A stretch of DNA of 64,000 nt from Mustelus asterias (lineage: Eukaryota), in contig NC_135801.1 in assembly GCF_964213995.1 (NCBI RefSeq), forward strand, positions 37,696,001 through 37,760,000, given 5' to 3'. Each line of letters begins with the position of its first letter. Position 1 is the stretch's first letter. Shown here piece by piece: positions 62,945 through 64,000 of the stretch. The translations under genes and the position numbers were made by a program. Below the pieces are notes generated by a model. It was not told the origin of the DNA and did not search any database. It saw only the letters and a program-made list of their open reading frames with translations.

Positions 62945-63700
62945 AATACAAGAAATAAGAAAAGCAATAGACCACATGGCCTGTCAAATCTGCTCTGCCA
63001 TTCATTATGATTATGGCTGATCATGGGTTTCAACTCCATTGTTCTGCCTACTCCCCATATCCCATGATTGCCTGAGACACCAAAAGTCTGTCTAGCTCAA
63101 CCTTAAATATATTAAAAATGGAGCATCGACAACCCTTGGGGGCGACAGAGAATTCCAAAAACTCACAACCCTTTCTCCTCATTTCTCATCTCAGTCCAAA
63201 ATGATCGGCCCCTTATCCTGAGACTGTGCCCCTATGCTTTAGATCCCCAGACCAGTGGGAAGAATCTTTCAGCATCTACCCTATCAAGCCCCTTGAAAAT
63301 CTTATATGTTTCAATGAGTTCACCTCTCATTCTTCTAAGCTCCAGAGAATACAGGCTCTCACCAAAAGTCAACCCACTCATCCCAGGGACCAATTTAAGG
63401 AAGCTGTGCTGTACTTCATCCAATGCAATTATATACTTTCTCAAACGTGGAGACTATCTGCATCTTATGGTCACTCACGTAACCCAGTCCGACATCATCA
63501 GCAAACTTAGATGAAGTGACAGAGTAATGTATATAATTCATTACTATAACCTGTGAATAGTTGAGGCCCCAGTACTGATCCTTAGCAGCATTCCACTATT
63601 CACTGCCTGCCAACTTGGAAATATTCCATTTATGCCCACACTCTGCTTCCTGTCTATTAACCAATGCTTTAACCATCCGAATTTTTACCCCCAACTCCCA
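62945..63700 (-). mobile_element. Decayed CR1 3' part
   Basis: LYSLELRRMRGELIETYKIFKGLDRVDAERFFPL; 3' UTR CAGCCATAATCATAATGAATGGCAG. Confidence 0.8.
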
Positions 63701-64000
63701 TGAGCTCTGAGAATCATGGAATCCCTACAGTGAAGAGGAGGCCATTTGGCACCAACTCTCAGACCCAGGCCCTCTCCCCATTCTATCCCCATATTTTATT
63801 TCAAAATTTATTTCACTCAAGGGGTAGAATTTTAACAATGGCGAGCAATTGGCACTCGCCATCCCAAGTCGGCACCAAATGATTCTTGCACTGACTGCTA
63901 TTTCACATTTAGCTTGGCGCTGACTAGCAGTGGGCAGGTCTTCTATCCACCCTTGGAAGGAAGTTCTGCCTGAGAGAGCAGTCAGTCTTCAACCGAGCGA

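Noticed and set aside
54062-64000. Further upstream BLTP1 exon
   Set aside because: I could not find the expected preceding coding sequence; the region appears intronic, though a short exon could be missed by eye.
63820-64000. Possible MITE start (GGGGTAGAATTTT); similar GC-rich patches near 32300 and 48820-49190
   Set aside because: Second terminus not visible or too decayed to support a call.
1-64000. CRISPR arrays, prokaryotic operons, intact tRNA or rRNA genes
   Set aside because: No regularly spaced repeats; tRNA-like boxes all belong to SINE heads; the sequence is a vertebrate intron-exon region.

Overview
Vertebrate genomic DNA, very probably from a shark or other elasmobranch (inferred from HE1-like V-SINEs and HER1-like CR1 LINEs). 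The window lies inside one large minus-strand gene, BLTP1 (KIAA1109, bridge-like lipid transfer protein 1). Nine coding exons (54061 down to 3014, 1415 nt) splice in frame through canonical GT-AG introns of about 2.4-11.7 kb. The introns are packed with retroelements: young and old CR1 LINE fragments (often nested), RTE, Rex/Babar, L2-like and Penelope-like remnants, several tRNA-derived SINE families and a small MITE. Most interesting: (1) two copies (661-970 +, 41709-41982 -) of a ~300-bp structured repeat with a U2 snRNA-derived head, a second internal U2 fragment and three hairpins, a candidate snRNA-headed SINE that I do not know from sharks; (2) two short Penelope-type elements carrying minimal hammerhead ribozymes with covarying stem I; (3) a CR1 insertion that looks circularly permuted or repair-captured; (4) a candidate poison exon in BLTP1. 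Repeat boundaries are read by eye and are approximate; family names rest on recognised motifs, not database searches.
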